A DNA stretch of 64,000 bases from Candidatus Parcubacteria bacterium (GTDB lineage: Bacteria > Patescibacteriota > Minisyncoccia > Phycocordibacterales > UBA6065), in contig JBDKKJ010000007.1 in NCBI GenBank assembly GCA_039796155.1, positions 58,409 to 122,408 of the forward strand, read 5' to 3'. A program made the translations under genes and the position numbers. Below the pieces are notes generated by a model. That model did no database searches. It was not told the DNA's origin and saw only the letters and a program-made list of their open reading frames with translations. Positions 63,011 to 64,000 of the stretch are shown piece by piece. Numbering within the stretch: position 1 is the first letter of the stretch; the number at the start of each line of letters is the position of its first letter.

Positions 63011-63436
63011 TTAGAGGAGTTCGCGAGTTACGATAATGCACTTCGTTGGGAGCTTTGTAGCACCTTTTCGGAGAGCTTCACGAGCAACTGCTTCGCTTAC
63101 GCCGTCAACTTCGAAGAGCACGCGTCCTGGCTTTACCGGAGCGCAGTATCCAGCGAGGTCTCCCTTACCCTTTCCGAGCTTTACTTCGGCAGGCTTCTGA
63201 GTGTAAGGCATGTCTGGGAAGATTCGAATCCAAATCTTTCCGTTCTTTCCTACTTCTCGAGAAATAACCTTTCGAGCAGATTCAATCTGTTCAGAACGAA
63301 TTCGTTCCGCTGTGATTGCCTTGAGGCCGAATGATCCGAATGAGAGGAGTGTACCGCGAGTCTCAAATCCAACCTTTGCTGGATTCTTTCGCATAACGTG
63401 CCACTTTCGGTATTTAACTTTTTTAGGGACGAGCAT
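63011..63436 (-). CDS. rplP: 50S ribosomal protein L16
   Basis: 141 aa; MLVPKKVKYRKWH... Confidence 0.92.
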   Translation of the reverse strand: MLVPKKVKYRKWHVMRKNPAKVGFETRGTLLSFGSFGLKAITAERIRSEQIESARKVISREVGKNGKIWIRIFPDMPYTQKPAEVKLGKGKGDLAGYCAPVKPGRVLFEVDGVSEAVAREALRKGATKLPTKCIIVTRELL

Positions 63437-63447
63437 GGGAGTTTTTA

Positions 63448-64000
63448 TTAATTCTTAGCTTTATTGAAAACTTCACCTGTGTAGATCCACACCTTGATAC
63501 CGATGTCTCCATAGGTCATGTGTGCCTTCTCTCGAGCGAAATCGATGTTTGCGCGGAAAGTCTGAAGAGGAATCTGTCCCTTCTTCATGTCTTCTACACG
63601 TGCCATTTCAGCACCTCCAAGGCGACCACCAAGGAAGATACGAATTCCCTTTACTTCGCGGTTTGCCATGACCTTTTCGATCATCTGCTTCATAACACGG
63701 CGGAATGGGAGACGCTTTTCGAGACCTTCAGCAATCATGTAAGCAACGATAGCCGCATTTGCTTCTGGAGTTCGGATTTCTTCGATATCAATCTTGAGAT
63801 CCTGACCCTTTGCAAGTCGAGCACCGTTCTTCTGCATGCAAGCGAGAATGTCTGCCTTGAGCTTTACTGCACCCTCACCCTGTCGGCCGATGATAACACC
63901 CGGTCGAGAAGTTGAGATGATAACTCGAACAGCCTTTTCTGTTCGTTCAATGTTTACGTCAGCAACGTACATGCCACGGAACTTCTTTGAAAGGTATTCT
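63448..64000 (-). CDS. rpsC: 30S ribosomal protein S3, C-terminal part (gene continues beyond window end)
   Basis: The frame stays open to the window end (...EYLSKKFRGMYVADVNIERTEKAVRVIISTSRPGVIIGRQG = KH domain), so the Met at 63972 is internal. Confidence 0.9.
   Translation of the reverse strand, partial: EYLSKKFRGMYVADVNIERTEKAVRVIISTSRPGVIIGRQGEGAVKLKADILACMQKNGARLAKGQDLKIDIEEIRTPEANAAIVAYMIAEGLEKRLPFRRVMKQMIEKVMANREVKGIRIFLGGRLGGAEMARVEDMKKGQIPLQTFRANIDFAREKAHMTYGDIGIKVWIYTGEVFNKAKN

Overview
The gene content looks like a small-genome, CPR/Patescibacteria-like bacterium. It is mostly core genes on the minus strand, interrupted by short plus-strand accessory segments.

Gene order from left to right:
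- ftsX (partial), ftsE and prfB.
- A LAGLIDADG-like ORF, then a tRNA cluster: Thr-GGU carrying a 176-nt group I intron, Thr-CGU, Asp-GUC, Met-CAU and an initiator-like CAU.
- gatC-gatA and ligA.
- A complete type IV pilus locus at 8.6-20.7 kb: four minor pilins, pilD, three pilins, pilC, pilT, a receiver-only response regulator, pilB and pilMNO. comF lies divergent next to it.
- A matrixin-like protease, a TesA/YbbA/YbbP-like module and small membrane proteins.
- tRNA-Ser, two MdlAB-like ABC exporters, a MutY/Nth-like glycosylase and recG.
- tRNA-Ile(UAU), ftsH, smpB plus tmRNA, and a class F-like sortase next to a DUF3494 surface protein.
- A fatty-acid-hydroxylase-like gene, a ZIP transporter, a DipZ-like/CcdA pair and infC-rpmI-rplT.
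- A HelD-like helicase and a beta-CASP MBL nuclease.
- A visibly GC-rich three-gene island of secreted proteins at 52.2-54.6 kb.
- ndk-map-adk-secY and the spc/S10 ribosomal-protein operon (rplO to rpsC).

rpmD (L30) and rpmC (L29) are absent from their usual slots.

Most unusual observations:
1. A 0.77-kb cassette splits rplE from rpsN. It holds a solo MazF/PemK-like toxin, a convergent sRNA candidate and a 108-nt GC-rich palindromic, three-way-junction element.
2. The intron-containing tRNA-Thr has a free-standing LAGLIDADG-like gene next to it.
3. The GC-rich island looks foreign.
4. RF2 has an SPT tripeptide in place of SPF.
5. tRNA-Ile has a UAU anticodon.

I recognised no CRISPR array, rRNA gene, transposase or integrase. 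All calls come from reading the sequence and ORF translations by eye. No database search was run.
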